This document shows positions 45,714 through 56,021 of a stretch of 64,000 bases of DNA, piece after piece. The translations under genes were made by a program, and so were the position numbers. Positions within the stretch are counted from its first letter, which is position 1; each line of letters starts with the position of its first letter. Source of the stretch: an uncultured Planctomycetales bacterium (GTDB taxonomy: Bacteria; Omnitrophota; Gorgyraeia; Zapsychrales; JBDRMG01); NCBI GenBank assembly GCA_964478715.1, contig CAYZIY010000003.1, positions 84,661-148,660 of the forward strand, given 5' to 3'. The notes beneath the pieces are model-generated. The model saw only the letters and a list, made by a program, of their open reading frames with translations, was not told where the DNA came from and searched no databases.

Positions 45714-46787
45714 ATGAGTGTCAATAATCTTTCTTCCTTTAAACGAATCCTGATTATCAATATTTTCGGCATAGGCGATGTACTTTTTACCACACCTTTG
45801 ATCAGTAATATTAAAAGAAAATTTCCGAAAAGCTTTATTGGATATCTCTGCAATAAACGAACTCAACCGTTTTTGAAACATCACCCCCGAATTGATCGCA
45901 TTTTTGTTTACGAGAAAGACGATTATCGTCAAATTTTCAAAAAATCTAAAATCAAATTCCTCAAGAAGATACGGGAAGCGCTTACGGAAATTAAAAGAGA
46001 AAATATTGATATTGTGATTGATGTTTCTCTCAACGGGATGGTGAGTTTTCTGATGATGATTTGCGGTATCAAAGAAAGAGTCGGCTTTAACTACAAGAAC
46101 CGCAGCCTTTTTTTAACGCAGAAAATTCCCCTTAAAGGCTATGAGGGAAAACATGTGGTTGAGCATTATCTGGATTTACTGAAAAGCATTGACATTGATC
46201 CAATTGAAAACAGGCTGGAGATTTTTATTCCTCCAGAAGATAAAAAATATGCTCAAGAGAAGCTTGGGGAAATCAAAGGTCGCAAGATCGCGATCGTTCC
46301 CGGAGGCGGAGCCAGTTGGGGAAAAGATGCGAGGTATAAGCGATTTCCCCTCGAAAAATACAGCGAATTAGTAGATAAAATGATTGAAAAGTACGACGCT
46401 AACGTTATACTGATGGGGGACAATGGGGAAGCCAGTCTTTGCCGGGGCATTTGGCAGTTGAAGCCTCAAAAAATTTTTGATCTCTCCGGTCAGACAACAA
46501 TCACCCAGATGGCGGCTGTTTTCAAACAGTGCCAGCTAGTGATTGTTAATGATGGCGGGCCCCTGCACGTTGCCGTGGCGGCCGGCGCGCGGACCATTTC
46601 CATTTTTGGGCCCGTCGATGAAAAAGTCTATGGACCCTATCCTCAAGATCAGCATGTGGTCGTAACCAAAGCGATTGCCTGCCGTCCTTGTTACAGAAGA
46701 TTTAAAAGGGTTGATTGTGATCATATCACCTGTTTAACCAAGCTTAATGTGCAAGAGATACTGAAAGAAGTAGAAAGGATATTATGA
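45714..46787 (+). CDS. Glycosyltransferase family 9 (heptosyltransferase-like)
   Basis: KRILIINIFGIGDVLFTTPLISNIKRKFP N-terminus and the C-terminal VNDGGPLHVAVAAGARTISIFGP motif, both characteristic of GT9 (RfaF/WaaC-like). Confidence 0.75.
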   Translation: MSVNNLSSFKRILIINIFGIGDVLFTTPLISNIKRKFPKSFIGYLCNKRTQPFLKHHPRIDRIFVYEKDDYRQIFKKSKIKFLKKIREALTEIKRENIDIVIDVSLNGMVSFLMMICGIKERVGFNYKNRSLFLTQKIPLKGYEGKHVVEHYLDLLKSIDIDPIENRLEIFIPPEDKKYAQEKLGEIKGRKIAIVPGGGASWGKDARYKRFPLEKYSELVDKMIEKYDANVILMGDNGEASLCRGIWQLKPQKIFDLSGQTTITQMAAVFKQCQLVIVNDGGPLHVAVAAGARTISIFGPVDEKVYGPYPQDQHVVVTKAIACRPCYRRFKRVDCDHITCLTKLNVQEILKEVERIL

Positions 46788-47893
46788 AAGTCCCATTTAT
46801 TGATTTTTCAGGCCAGATTAAAGATGTGCGAGACGAAGTTGATGCTGGCATAAAGGGTGTTTTAGATCAGGGCAATTATATTTTAGGTCAGCCGGTAAAA
46901 GATTTTGAGGCTGAATTTGCCAAGTTTTGTGAATGTCAGTATGGCATTGGGGTTAATTCCGGTACAGATGCCCTTCACTTTGCCGTCAGAGCTCTGGATA
47001 TCCAAGAGGGCGATGAGGTCATCGTTCCGGCTTTTACCTACATCGCAAGCGCCTTAGGAATTTCTTACACAGGCGCTAAGCCGGTCTTTGTTGATATTGA
47101 AAGCGAAACATATAACCTGGATCCTGAAAAAATCGAAGCAGCCATTACCGATAAAACAAAAGCCATTATGGTAGTGCATCTTTATGGTCAAGCCGCCGAG
47201 ATGGATCCGATTCTTGCCATTGCAAAGAAGCATAATCTTGCTGTGATTGAAGATGCCGCCCAGGCTCATGGAGCACTTTACAATAACAAACGTGTTGGGT
47301 CATTTGGAGATATCAGCTGTTTTAGTTTTTATCCGACGAAAGGATTGGGAGCCTGCGGAGATGGCGGCATTGTTTGCACTAACAATGAGGAGCTTAAGAA
47401 AAAAGTCGAGATGTTTCGCGATTACGGGCGCATTGATCGTTATGAACATATGATTATCGGATACAACAGCCGATTAGATACGATGCAGGCTGTTATCCTT
47501 TCGGCAAAATTGAAACATTTGGATAAGTGGAACAAAATGAGAGCAGATGTGGCTGCCCAATATATCGATCAGCTTTCGGATGTTGATGCCGTTAAGACAC
47601 CCGTCACCAAAGACAACAGGACGCACACTTATCAGACGTTTGCCGTGGGCGTTCCCAAACGTGAAAGAGTTATGGAAAAACTTACAACCCGGCAAATCGG
47701 CAATTTAATTCACTATCCTATTCCCATTCACCTGCAGAAGGCTTACAAGGATTTGGGTTACAAAAAAGGTGATTTCCCGGTTTCTGAAAAGTTTGCGGAA
47801 CAGGAGCTATCTCTTCCCATATTTCCTCATATGAAAAAAGAACAAATTCAATATGTAACGAGCAACTTAAAGGAGCTTATCAGAAATGGATAA
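46784..47893 (+). CDS. DegT/DnrJ/EryC1-family PLP-dependent sugar aminotransferase
   Basis: Canonical Schiff-base lysine in SFYPTKGLGACGDGG, DAAQAHGA, 369 aa. Confidence 0.8.
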   Translation: MKVPFIDFSGQIKDVRDEVDAGIKGVLDQGNYILGQPVKDFEAEFAKFCECQYGIGVNSGTDALHFAVRALDIQEGDEVIVPAFTYIASALGISYTGAKPVFVDIESETYNLDPEKIEAAITDKTKAIMVVHLYGQAAEMDPILAIAKKHNLAVIEDAAQAHGALYNNKRVGSFGDISCFSFYPTKGLGACGDGGIVCTNNEELKKKVEMFRDYGRIDRYEHMIIGYNSRLDTMQAVILSAKLKHLDKWNKMRADVAAQYIDQLSDVDAVKTPVTKDNRTHTYQTFAVGVPKRERVMEKLTTRQIGNLIHYPIPIHLQKAYKDLGYKKGDFPVSEKFAEQELSLPIFPHMKKEQIQYVTSNLKELIRNG

Positions 47894-48644
47894 AACCCCT
47901 TTGTCGGTTATTGTCATTACGAAAAACGAAGAAGAAAACATTCGCGAGTGTTTAAAAAGCGTTTTTGGCTGGGCTGATGAAATTATTATTGTCGATGACG
48001 AGAGCTCTGATCGGACTGTTGAAATTGCCAAAGAATATACAGATAAAATATTCTCCCGGAGAATGGAAAACGAAGGCATTCATCGCAACTGGTCGCATAC
48101 AAAAGCCAAAAACGAATGGATATTAAGCCTTGATGCTGATGAGTCAGTCACTGAGGAGCTCAAGCAATCGATTATGCAGGCGATCCCAAACACAGAATAC
48201 GACGGGTTCAATATCAAATCCCGAAATTATCTGGGAGATTTTTGGATTCAACATGGCGGTTGGTATTTCGGCAAACTAAAAATGTTTAAGAAGAGTCTCT
48301 TTAGCTATGAAGAGGTGGAAGTGCATCCTCGTATTTTTTTTAAAGGAACGGCAGGCCACCTGGAAGGAGACCTTGTCCATAGATTGGCGAAGAATTTTGA
48401 GCAGTTTTTGGGAAGCTTAAACCGCCAGACTACCCTTGAGGCCCGCAAATGGGTTATGACAGATAGAAAAATGTCGTTTGGAAAAGCCTTATGGCGTGCC
48501 ATGGACCGATTTCCGCGACGGTTCCTCAGAAAAAAGGGACGTAAAGACGGTTTTATCGGTTTTATGATGGCCTTTTTTGATTCTTTGTATCAAATCATGA
48601 GTTATGCCAAATATTGGGAAATGAAAGAGGCCGACAAAAAGTGA
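47886..48644 (+). CDS. Glycosyltransferase family 2
   Basis: LSVIVITKNEEENI...IIVDDESSDRT...SLDADE. Paralog of the GT2 gene at 42796, including a similar C-terminal region (RKKGRKDG...F). Confidence 0.7.
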   Translation: MDKTPLSVIVITKNEEENIRECLKSVFGWADEIIIVDDESSDRTVEIAKEYTDKIFSRRMENEGIHRNWSHTKAKNEWILSLDADESVTEELKQSIMQAIPNTEYDGFNIKSRNYLGDFWIQHGGWYFGKLKMFKKSLFSYEEVEVHPRIFFKGTAGHLEGDLVHRLAKNFEQFLGSLNRQTTLEARKWVMTDRKMSFGKALWRAMDRFPRRFLRKKGRKDGFIGFMMAFFDSLYQIMSYAKYWEMKEADKK

Positions 48645-49189
48645 AAATCGCTTTTCTAGATCGAGACGGGGTGATCAATCAATATCCCGGCGATAGATAC
48701 TATGTGACGAAAGTAAAAGATCTCCATATTCTGCCGCAGGCTCTGGAAGGTTTAAAGATGCTTAAAGAAAATGGCTACACTGTTTTTGTGATTTCCAACC
48801 AGGCGGGAGTATCTAAAGGTATTTATTCTTTGGATAAACTGCAGAGAATTAACCGGCAGATGATTGAAGCGGTAGAGAAAGGGGGAGGAAAAATCAAAAA
48901 AGTCTTTTACTGCACTCACCGCTTGGAAGAAAATTGCGACTGCCGAAAACCAAAAATCGGATCGATCAAAAAAGCCTTTGAACTCATGAAAAAACCGATC
49001 AAACAAGCCAGCTCAGCTTATTTTGTCGGAGATGCCCAAACAGATATTGAGGCCGGCCACAAGGCCGGTTGCAAAACGATTTTTGTTTTATCAGGCAAAG
49101 AAACCAAAAAAACCATGGCCCGCTGGAAGGTCAAGCCCGATTATGTGGCCAAAGACCTGAAAGAGGCCGCAAGGATCATGATCCAATGA
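48641..49189 (+). CDS. gmhB: D-glycero-D-manno-heptose 1,7-bisphosphate phosphatase (GmhB, HAD family)
   Basis: KIAFLDRDGVIN (HAD motif I), IFVISNQAGVSKG, and CxC (CDCRKP) zinc motif, typical of GmhB/HisB-N. The probable start is GTG 48641 (GTGA overlap); the track starts at 48614. Confidence 0.7.
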   Translation: MKIAFLDRDGVINQYPGDRYYVTKVKDLHILPQALEGLKMLKENGYTVFVISNQAGVSKGIYSLDKLQRINRQMIEAVEKGGGKIKKVFYCTHRLEENCDCRKPKIGSIKKAFELMKKPIKQASSAYFVGDAQTDIEAGHKAGCKTIFVLSGKETKKTMARWKVKPDYVAKDLKEAARIMIQ

Positions 49190-50271
49190 AAATTCTTATC
49201 ACACATGCCTCGGCCGGCGCCGGCCATACCAAAGCTGCTGAAGCTCTCTTCAATTATCTTAAAAGTAAAACATCACATCATGTTGTTTTCGTTGATGCCC
49301 TGGATTATACGAATAAGCTGTATAAATATATTTATCAGACCAGTTATAAATTTTTGATCACGAAACTTCCCGGTTTATGGGGTTTTTTCTTTTGGTTGAC
49401 CGATATTCGCTTTCTGATTCCTTTTGTCCGGTTGTGCCGACGGGTCTTTAACATCATTAACGCCTGTGGTTTTCATCGTTATTTAAAGAAAGAACAATTT
49501 GATGCCATCCTTTCAACTCATTTTTTTCCCAATGAAGTGGCCGGACATCTGATACAAAGCAAGGCCATTTCGTCAAGTCTGATCAGCGTTGTGACCGATT
49601 ATGATGCGCACAGTATCTGGATCAGTCCCGGCATTGATTTCTATGCGGTGGCCTGCGAGCAAACCAAGCGGCGTCTGGTGAGCCTGGGAATTGAAGGAAG
49701 CAAAATTGTGATTACTGGCATCCCTACCGATGAGCGCTTTTCGAAAGGAAAAGACATCAAGGCTCTTAAAGACAAATTGAAAATCAAAAAGAATATTTTT
49801 ACAGTCCTTATTGCGACGGGTTCTTTTGGGATCGGTCCGATTGAGAAAATTGTGGCCGGTCTTAAAGATTATCAAGTTCTTGTTGTCTGCGGAGGAAATC
49901 AAAAATTATTCCAGAGGCTCAAGCAAAAATCATATCCCCATGCCGTGATTTTCGGTTTGGTCAATAATATGTATGAATTGATGGCGGTCTCCCACTGCAT
50001 GGTCACCAAACCCGGCGGGCTCTCTATTTCAGAAGCCTTGGTGACCGGTTTACCACTTATCTTTTTTAATGCTATTCCGGGGCAGGAAGAAGGCAATGTT
50101 CGGGTCCTTAACGGTTTAGGCATCGGATTTCAAAGCCGGGGAGATATTGATCTGATTGTCCGGGAAGTGAAGAAGCTGAGTCAGGACAAAGAAAAATACG
50201 CTGTCATCCAAAAGAAGATTGCCAAACTGGCCCGGCCGCAGGCTGTTGAAACCATCACCGAGATGATCTGA
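49186..50271 (+). CDS. Glycosyltransferase family 28 (MGDG-synthase/UgtP-like diacylglycerol glycosyltransferase)
   Basis: MKILITHASAGAGHTKAAEAL N-terminus and a C-terminal GT-B UDP-sugar binding region (KPGGLSISEALVTGLPLIF). ATGA overlap with gmhB. Confidence 0.65.
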   Translation: MKILITHASAGAGHTKAAEALFNYLKSKTSHHVVFVDALDYTNKLYKYIYQTSYKFLITKLPGLWGFFFWLTDIRFLIPFVRLCRRVFNIINACGFHRYLKKEQFDAILSTHFFPNEVAGHLIQSKAISSSLISVVTDYDAHSIWISPGIDFYAVACEQTKRRLVSLGIEGSKIVITGIPTDERFSKGKDIKALKDKLKIKKNIFTVLIATGSFGIGPIEKIVAGLKDYQVLVVCGGNQKLFQRLKQKSYPHAVIFGLVNNMYELMAVSHCMVTKPGGLSISEALVTGLPLIFFNAIPGQEEGNVRVLNGLGIGFQSRGDIDLIVREVKKLSQDKEKYAVIQKKIAKLARPQAVETITEMI

Positions 50272-50289
50272 TTCTCTCATTCCTTTCCT

Positions 50290-52140
50290 ATGCGCAAGAA
50301 ATCAATTGCCCAAGTTGTTGTCGGTCTCCCGGTCGACGGACCTTTTGATTACCGGGTTTCGGCCTCTGATCAAGAAACTATTTCAATAGGTTCCCGTGTG
50401 CTTGTTTTTTTTGGAGCAAAAAAACGGACAGGTTTTGTGATTGGTTTTAAATCCCGAAGCTCCCATCAGACATTAAAGAATGTCATCAATGTTCTTGACC
50501 GAAAACCTCTTTTGTCCCGGAAAGATTTGTTGTTGGCCCGTCAGATGTCTGATTATTACGGGTGTTCAATGGGAGAAGCTTGCGAGACGATTTTGCCGCC
50601 CTTTTTAAGAAAGACACGCCAAACAGATTTTCCGATATCGTTTAAAGATCAAATCAAAAAAAAGAAAAAATCTCAAGTGATATTGTATTGTGAATCTAAA
50701 GATGAAGAGCGATGGAAATTTTTGGCGCAGAAAATTCTTCAACAAATAGAAAAAGGAAGAGGCGTTCTCATTCTTTTAGCGGATAATTCGCTGGGCGAAA
50801 GCATCAAAAAAGAAATATGTGCCCGATGCCAAAAAGAGCCGATTATCCTCGATCGCCAGCTCGGTGTCAAAGCCCAAATGAAAATCTATCAAGAAATTTG
50901 TTTAAGCCAGGCCCCGATTGTGATCGGAAGCCGTTCGGCTGTTTTCGCGCCGTTGCGCTCATTAGGTCTGCTTATCTTGATCGAAGAAAACCATCCGGGT
51001 TTTAAACAGGAACAATCTCCTCATTATCATGCCCGTGAGATCGCCTTGATGAGAAGCGGGCTTGAAGGCTGTCCGGTTCTCTTTGTGGATACTGTGCCCT
51101 CAGCTCTTGCTTGGAAGATGACCGCAAACAAAAAAGCCCGGAGAATTGAAGATCTCAAGATCCCTCAAAATGAATTTCAGGTGGTCAATCTGAATGATTA
51201 CAGAAGTAAAAAAAGCATTGTCCTTTCTGCCCCTTTGAAAAATCAGCTCCAGCTGGTTCTGCAAAGCGGAGGCAAAGCCTTATTGTTTCTCAATCGAAAA
51301 GGTTTTAGCACATCGACCCGCTGTGTCAAATGCGGTACGGTAATTAAATGCGAACATTGCGAGTCGAATTTAGTCTATCTTTTTTCCAAGAAAAAGCTAA
51401 TCTGTCGTCATTGCCGTCGGGAGAAGAATATGATCAAGATTTGCCCTCAATGTAAAAGTTCTTATTTGCGCTATTCAGGTACTGGAATTGAAAAGCTTGA
51501 GAGCGAAGCGGCCCGTCTTTTTCCGGAGGCCCGTATCTGCTCTTATGAGGCCGAGAATAAGCAGCTCCCGGTAGATTATGATATTCTGATCGCCACCCAG
51601 GCGATAAGTAAACACAGAAGCGATCTGAAGGCCGACTTGGTGGCCGTTATCAGTTTTGATTCCGAGATCAATCATCTGGACTTTCACAGTGGCCAGAGGG
51701 CTTTTGCCCTTTTGGTTGATTTGAGATTGATGGCCAAAAAGAAACTCCTTGTGCAAACCCGCGTGGCAGAAAATTATTGTTTGGATCGCGCCCGGGATTT
51801 TGATCTCAAGACTTTTTTTAGAGACGAACTTAAACAGCGTAAGGAATTATCATTACCGCCATTTTCTCATATTCTTAAAATCTCTCTGAGAGGAAAAAGC
51901 GAGGAGAGAGTTTTTGATCAAATACATCTTTTATGCGCCAAACTCAAGGAGCAGGCCCAAGGGACGGATTTAATCGTTCAGGATTCCTTATCCGAGCTAA
52001 TCCCTAAGCTCAGAGGGCAGTATAGATTTTTTGTCCAAATCAAGGGCAAGAGTGTTAAAAAGATGATTCGTTTTTTGCAAAAAGTGTTAAAATCATTTAA
52101 AAAGAAATCGGGTATTATTGTGAGCATTGATGTGGAATGA
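50290..52140 (+). CDS. priA: Primosomal protein N' (PriA) homolog lacking Walker A (predicted pseudohelicase)
   Basis: 3'-DNA-binding N-terminal domain and a Cys-rich zinc-binding insert (CVKCGTVIKCEHC...CRHC...CPQC), in the conserved priA-fmt position. However, the Walker A site reads YCESKDEER (no GxGKT) and DEEH reads EENH. Confidence 0.7.
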   Translation: MRKKSIAQVVVGLPVDGPFDYRVSASDQETISIGSRVLVFFGAKKRTGFVIGFKSRSSHQTLKNVINVLDRKPLLSRKDLLLARQMSDYYGCSMGEACETILPPFLRKTRQTDFPISFKDQIKKKKKSQVILYCESKDEERWKFLAQKILQQIEKGRGVLILLADNSLGESIKKEICARCQKEPIILDRQLGVKAQMKIYQEICLSQAPIVIGSRSAVFAPLRSLGLLILIEENHPGFKQEQSPHYHAREIALMRSGLEGCPVLFVDTVPSALAWKMTANKKARRIEDLKIPQNEFQVVNLNDYRSKKSIVLSAPLKNQLQLVLQSGGKALLFLNRKGFSTSTRCVKCGTVIKCEHCESNLVYLFSKKKLICRHCRREKNMIKICPQCKSSYLRYSGTGIEKLESEAARLFPEARICSYEAENKQLPVDYDILIATQAISKHRSDLKADLVAVISFDSEINHLDFHSGQRAFALLVDLRLMAKKKLLVQTRVAENYCLDRARDFDLKTFFRDELKQRKELSLPPFSHILKISLRGKSEERVFDQIHLLCAKLKEQAQGTDLIVQDSLSELIPKLRGQYRFFVQIKGKSVKKMIRFLQKVLKSFKKKSGIIVSIDVE

Positions 52141-52143
52141 GGA

Positions 52144-53082
52144 TTGAATATGAAGATTATATTCTTCGGCAGTGACGATTTTGCGGTTTGTCATCTTAAA
52201 GAGTTGATCAAATCAAAGCATCAAATTCAGGCAGTTGTGACCCAGCCGGATAAACCCAAAGGCCGAAGCTACAAATCGACGCCGACTCTTGTCAAGGAAT
52301 TGGCTCTTAAGGAGAAATGCCCTGTCTATGATCCGCCTAATCTTCAAGGCAAGGATGTCGTCTCTTTGCTTAAAGAATGTGATGCCGATCTTTTTGTCGT
52401 TGTGGCTTACGGAAATATTCTGCCAGCCGATATCCTTAATATCCCCAGTCTTTTTTGCGTCAATGTTCACGCCTCTTTACTTCCCCGATACCGTGGAGCG
52501 GCGCCCATCAACTGGGCTATCATAAACGGAGAAGATAAGACCGGGGTGACAATCTTTCGATTGAATGAATCCCCGGATGCCGGCGAGATCATTGCCCAAA
52601 AGGAGATGCCAATCCTTGAGACGGATACTTCAATTTCACTTCGAAGCAAATTGGCTTCTTTGGGAAGCAATTTCTTGATAGAAACACTGAGCCAAGTCGA
52701 AAAAGGCGGTTATTCGGTCGCTAAGCAGAATTACGCCCAAGCTAGCTATGCACCAAAGCTTAAAAAGACAGACGGCCGAATCAACTGGAGCCGTGAGGCC
52801 CGCTATTTACATAATATGATCAGGGGGTTATTGCCCTGGCCGGCGGCGCGCTGCCAGTTTAATGGCCGACAACTTAAGATTTTGGCTTCTAAGGTTGTGC
52901 AAATCGATAATCAGAAATATCAGCCAGGGGAAGTAACCGGATTCTCACCGGAAGGGTTCGTTGTTGCCGCAGGTCAACAAGGCCTTCTGGTGACCTATGT
53001 TCACCTGGAGTCTTCAAAAGCCATGGATGCCAGACGGTTTTTAGCCGGGCATCCTCTGGATGTTGGTTTTCAGCTTGATTAA
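52144..53082 (+). CDS. fmt: Methionyl-tRNA formyltransferase
   Basis: IIFFGSDDFAV, the formyltransferase core (NVHASLLPRYRGAAPINWAIINGE) and a C-terminal domain. Confidence 0.85.
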   Translation: MNMKIIFFGSDDFAVCHLKELIKSKHQIQAVVTQPDKPKGRSYKSTPTLVKELALKEKCPVYDPPNLQGKDVVSLLKECDADLFVVVAYGNILPADILNIPSLFCVNVHASLLPRYRGAAPINWAIINGEDKTGVTIFRLNESPDAGEIIAQKEMPILETDTSISLRSKLASLGSNFLIETLSQVEKGGYSVAKQNYAQASYAPKLKKTDGRINWSREARYLHNMIRGLLPWPAARCQFNGRQLKILASKVVQIDNQKYQPGEVTGFSPEGFVVAAGQQGLLVTYVHLESSKAMDARRFLAGHPLDVGFQLD

Positions 53083-53105
53083 AGACGTGATTTATAAGAA
53101 ATAAT

Positions 53106-53133
53106 TTGATTCCCAAAAACTTTATGTTATAAT
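53106..53133 (+). promoter_or_regulatory. Candidate strong sigma70 promoter for gap
   Basis: TTGATT (53106-53111), a 16-nt spacer, then consensus TATAAT (53128-53133), ~60 nt upstream of the gap start. Confidence 0.45.
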
Positions 53134-53194
53134 CTTTAAAATTAATTCAGCAAAAAAGCATTTGTTAAACAAATAACCAAGAAGGGGGCATGAA

Positions 53195-54187
53195 ATGGCA
53201 GTAAAAGTTGGAATTAACGGATTTGGTCGTATCGGGCGCATGGTTTTAAGAGTGGCGGCTGAAAATAAGAATATCGATATTGTCGGCATCAATGATTTAA
53301 CGGATGCCAAGACTCTGGCCCATTTGCTCAAATATGATTCCTGTCAGGGGAAATTCAGTGGAAGCGTGGAAGCCAAAGAAAACGCGATTGTTGTTAACGG
53401 AAAAACGATTCCGATTACGGCGATCAAAAATCCGGCCGAATTGCCATGGAAAGATTATGGAGTGAGTGTTGTCGTGGAGTCCACGGGAGTGTTTCGTAAA
53501 AAAGAACAGTGCATGGGGCATGTCACGGCCGGAGCCAAAAAAGTTCTTCTGACCGTTCCGCCTAAAGACGAAATTGACAATATGATCGTTTTGGGTGTTA
53601 ATGATGATGCCCTCAAAGACAGTGACGTCGTTGTTTCCAATGCATCTTGCACAACCAATTGTCTGGCTCCTATGGTCAAGGTTCTTCATGATTCTTTCGG
53701 TGTTGTCAAAGGATTAATGACAACGATTCACGCTTATACGAATGATCAGAGGATTTTGGATTTTCCTCACTCAGATTTGAGACGTGCCCGGGCTGCTGCC
53801 TTGAGCATGATTCCCACCACAACCGGCGCGGCCAAAGCTGTGGGTAAGGTGATCCCTGAGCTCAACGGAAAACTCAACGGAATGGCTATCCGCGTTCCCA
53901 CCCCTGTTGGATCTGTGACCGACTTTGTGGCCGAATTAAAAAAGGAAGTGAGTGCGGATGATGTCAATGCGGCCATGAAAAAAGCGGCCGGAGAGCCTCT
54001 TAAAGGGATCATGCAATACAGCGAAGAACCTCTGGTTTCAATTGATATCGTTGGCAATCCTCACAGCTGTATTTTTGACAGCCCGTCAACAATGGTCATT
54101 GGGAATATGGTCAAGGTCGTCGGATGGTATGATAATGAATGGGGATATTCCAGCAGAGTTGTCCAGCTGGTTGAGCAGTTGGGATAA
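53195..54187 (+). CDS. gap: Glyceraldehyde-3-phosphate dehydrogenase
   Basis: [13 protein letters not shown] and the active site [10 protein letters not shown]. 330 aa. Strong promoter and terminator flank it. Confidence 0.9.
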   Translation: MAVKVGINGFGRIGRMVLRVAAENKNIDIVGINDLTDAKTLAHLLKYDSCQGKFSGSVEAKENAIVVNGKTIPITAIKNPAELPWKDYGVSVVVESTGVFRKKEQCMGHVTAGAKKVLLTVPPKDEIDNMIVLGVNDDALKDSDVVVSNASCTTNCLAPMVKVLHDSFGVVKGLMTTIHAYTNDQRILDFPHSDLRRARAAALSMIPTTTGAAKAVGKVIPELNGKLNGMAIRVPTPVGSVTDFVAELKKEVSADDVNAAMKKAAGEPLKGIMQYSEEPLVSIDIVGNPHSCIFDSPSTMVIGNMVKVVGWYDNEWGYSSRVVQLVEQLG

Positions 54188-54213
54188 ACCTGATTAAGAA
54201 ATACAACAAAGAA

Positions 54214-54262
54214 CCCCCGCACCCGTAGATATGGGTGTGGGGGTTTTTATGAGGATATACGG
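54214..54262. terminator. Bidirectional rho-independent terminator between gap (+) and metF (-)
   Basis: CCCCCGCACCC gtagatat GGGTGTGGGGG (11-bp GC-rich stem) followed by TTTTT. A second palindrome CGTATATACG follows immediately. Lies between two convergent genes. Confidence 0.65.
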
Positions 54263-54274
54263 CGTATATACGTT

Positions 54275-55249
54275 TTATGATCGAACAGCTTTAAGAATTG
54301 TGGCCACAGGCTCTATTTTATTCAGGCAATAGAAATGGATGCCCGGCGCTTTGCCTTTAAGCAGTTCCCGGCATTGATTAATAGCGAAATCCGTTCCCTT
54401 CTTAAGTGTTTCCTTGGGATCATCTTGAGACGATTCAAATAAATCGCGGACATTATCAGGAACAGTTGCTCCGCAATCCTTGGCAAAATCGACTAATCTT
54501 CTGTAGTTTGTAATGGGTAATATGCCGGGGATGATCCGTTTATTGACTCCGAGTTCCCGGAGTCTTTTAACATAATCAAAATAATCCTGGTTGTTAAAGA
54601 AAAACTGGGTGACAATAAAATCGGCTCCGCTATCGATTTTTGTCTTCAAGTATTTCGCGTCTGTTTGCCGGTTTGGGGCTAAGGGATGGCCTTCGGGAAA
54701 TCCGGCAACACCAATCGAAAAAAAGTCGCCGAATCTTTGTCTCATAAATGCCACGAGTTCACAGCTATAAGAAAAATTGTCTTCATCGGGCTTCCATTCG
54801 GGGAGTCCTTTGGGCGGATCTCCGCGCAGGGCTAAAACATTGCGGATGCCATAGCTTTTTATCGCCTGAAGGATTAAATCGAGGTCTTTTTTGGAATGCA
54901 AGACACAGGTCAGGTGAGCCACTCCGATAATTTGATGTTGTTTCTGAACAAGATCGACAATTTGAAGTGTGCGTTCCCGGTTTCCTCCGCCGGCTCCATA
55001 GGTGACAGAGATAAAATCAGGCTCAAGCTTTTTCAACTCGTCAATAGTCGCTTTAAGATTCTCAAAGCCTTTATCCGTTTTTGGAGGAAAAAGTTCAAAT
55101 GAGAATGTCTTGTCTTTTTCTTGAAAGATACTGGCTAGCGGCCTCATGATTGGCGGCATTATACCACAGGCTTGTTGAGGTGGACAATAGTCAATTTTGA
55201 TATCCGTATTGGTCTTAAATCTAGTCGTCTTTTCGATACTTATCTTCAA
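54275..55249 (-). CDS. metF: 5,10-methylenetetrahydrofolate reductase
   Basis: FSFELFPPKT, SVTYGAGGG, VAHLTC, LALRGDPP, all MetF hallmarks. The N-terminal ~30 aa of the track ORF are probably upstream of the true start (internal Met at MPPIM/MRPLAS). Confidence 0.8.
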   Translation of the reverse strand: MKISIEKTTRFKTNTDIKIDYCPPQQACGIMPPIMRPLASIFQEKDKTFSFELFPPKTDKGFENLKATIDELKKLEPDFISVTYGAGGGNRERTLQIVDLVQKQHQIIGVAHLTCVLHSKKDLDLILQAIKSYGIRNVLALRGDPPKGLPEWKPDEDNFSYSCELVAFMRQRFGDFFSIGVAGFPEGHPLAPNRQTDAKYLKTKIDSGADFIVTQFFFNNQDYFDYVKRLRELGVNKRIIPGILPITNYRRLVDFAKDCGATVPDNVRDLFESSQDDPKETLKKGTDFAINQCRELLKGKAPGIHFYCLNKIEPVATILKAVRS

Positions 55250-55306
55250 ATAAATGATTGAATCTTATTCTAAATCCCTGTATACTAAAAAATTTAGGGA
55301 GGCAAT

Positions 55307-56020
55307 ATGAAAGTCACGCTTGTTGTTTTGACGCTTAATGAAGAAGAAGGCATGAAAGCCATCATGCCGAAGATCAAAAAAGAATGGGTGGACCAAATTC
55401 TGATTGTCGACGGCCAATCCACCGATGGTACTCTGGATTATGTCAAAGAACAGGGTTATCAATATGTAGTACAGGATAAAAAAGGACTACGAAACGCCTA
55501 CATGAGCGCATTGCCCTATATCGAGGGCGATGTGCTTCTTTTATTTTCTCCTGATGGAAATTCTGTTGCAGAGCGCATTCCTGATTGTATTGAAAAAATG
55601 AAGGAAGGCTATGATATGGTGATTGTCTCTCGCTATGCCAAAGGGGCTAAAAGCGAGGACGATGATCCGATTACCGCCTTCGGTAACTGGATGTTTCGTA
55701 CCACGATCAATCTTTTTCACGGGGCCCATTACACAGATCCCATGGTGATGTTTCGCGCCTTCAAGAAAGAACTGATCTATGAGCTCGATTTAGACAAAGA
55801 CAGCAGTTTTGAAACAGAAGAGAAGCTTTTTCATACCAATATCTGCTGGATGCCGCTTTTATCCATCCGTGCGGCCAAGGCAAAGAAAAAGGTTGCGGAA
55901 ATTCCCGGCGATGAGCCGGCGCGCATCGGAGGAGAGAGAAAGCTCCAGATTTTGCGATGGGGTGCTGCTTATCTTTTTGAAGTATTTAGAGAAATTTTTG
56001 TTTGGAGGAAGAAAGGATAA
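55307..56020 (+). CDS. Glycosyltransferase family 2 (dolichyl/polyprenyl-phosphate sugar synthase-like)
   Basis: VTLVVLTLNEEEGM...ILIVDGQSTDGT...FSPDGN is the GT-A DxD-type signature. 237 aa. Confidence 0.65.
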   Translation: MKVTLVVLTLNEEEGMKAIMPKIKKEWVDQILIVDGQSTDGTLDYVKEQGYQYVVQDKKGLRNAYMSALPYIEGDVLLLFSPDGNSVAERIPDCIEKMKEGYDMVIVSRYAKGAKSEDDDPITAFGNWMFRTTINLFHGAHYTDPMVMFRAFKKELIYELDLDKDSSFETEEKLFHTNICWMPLLSIRAAKAKKKVAEIPGDEPARIGGERKLQILRWGAAYLFEVFREIFVWRKKG

Positions 56021-56021
56021 A

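Noticed and set aside
36699-50271. Possibility that the glycan operon is a horizontally acquired island delimited by mobile elements
   Set aside because: No flanking tRNA, integrase or direct repeats were seen. Base composition looks similar to the surrounding housekeeping genes by eye, so HGT cannot be supported from sequence alone.
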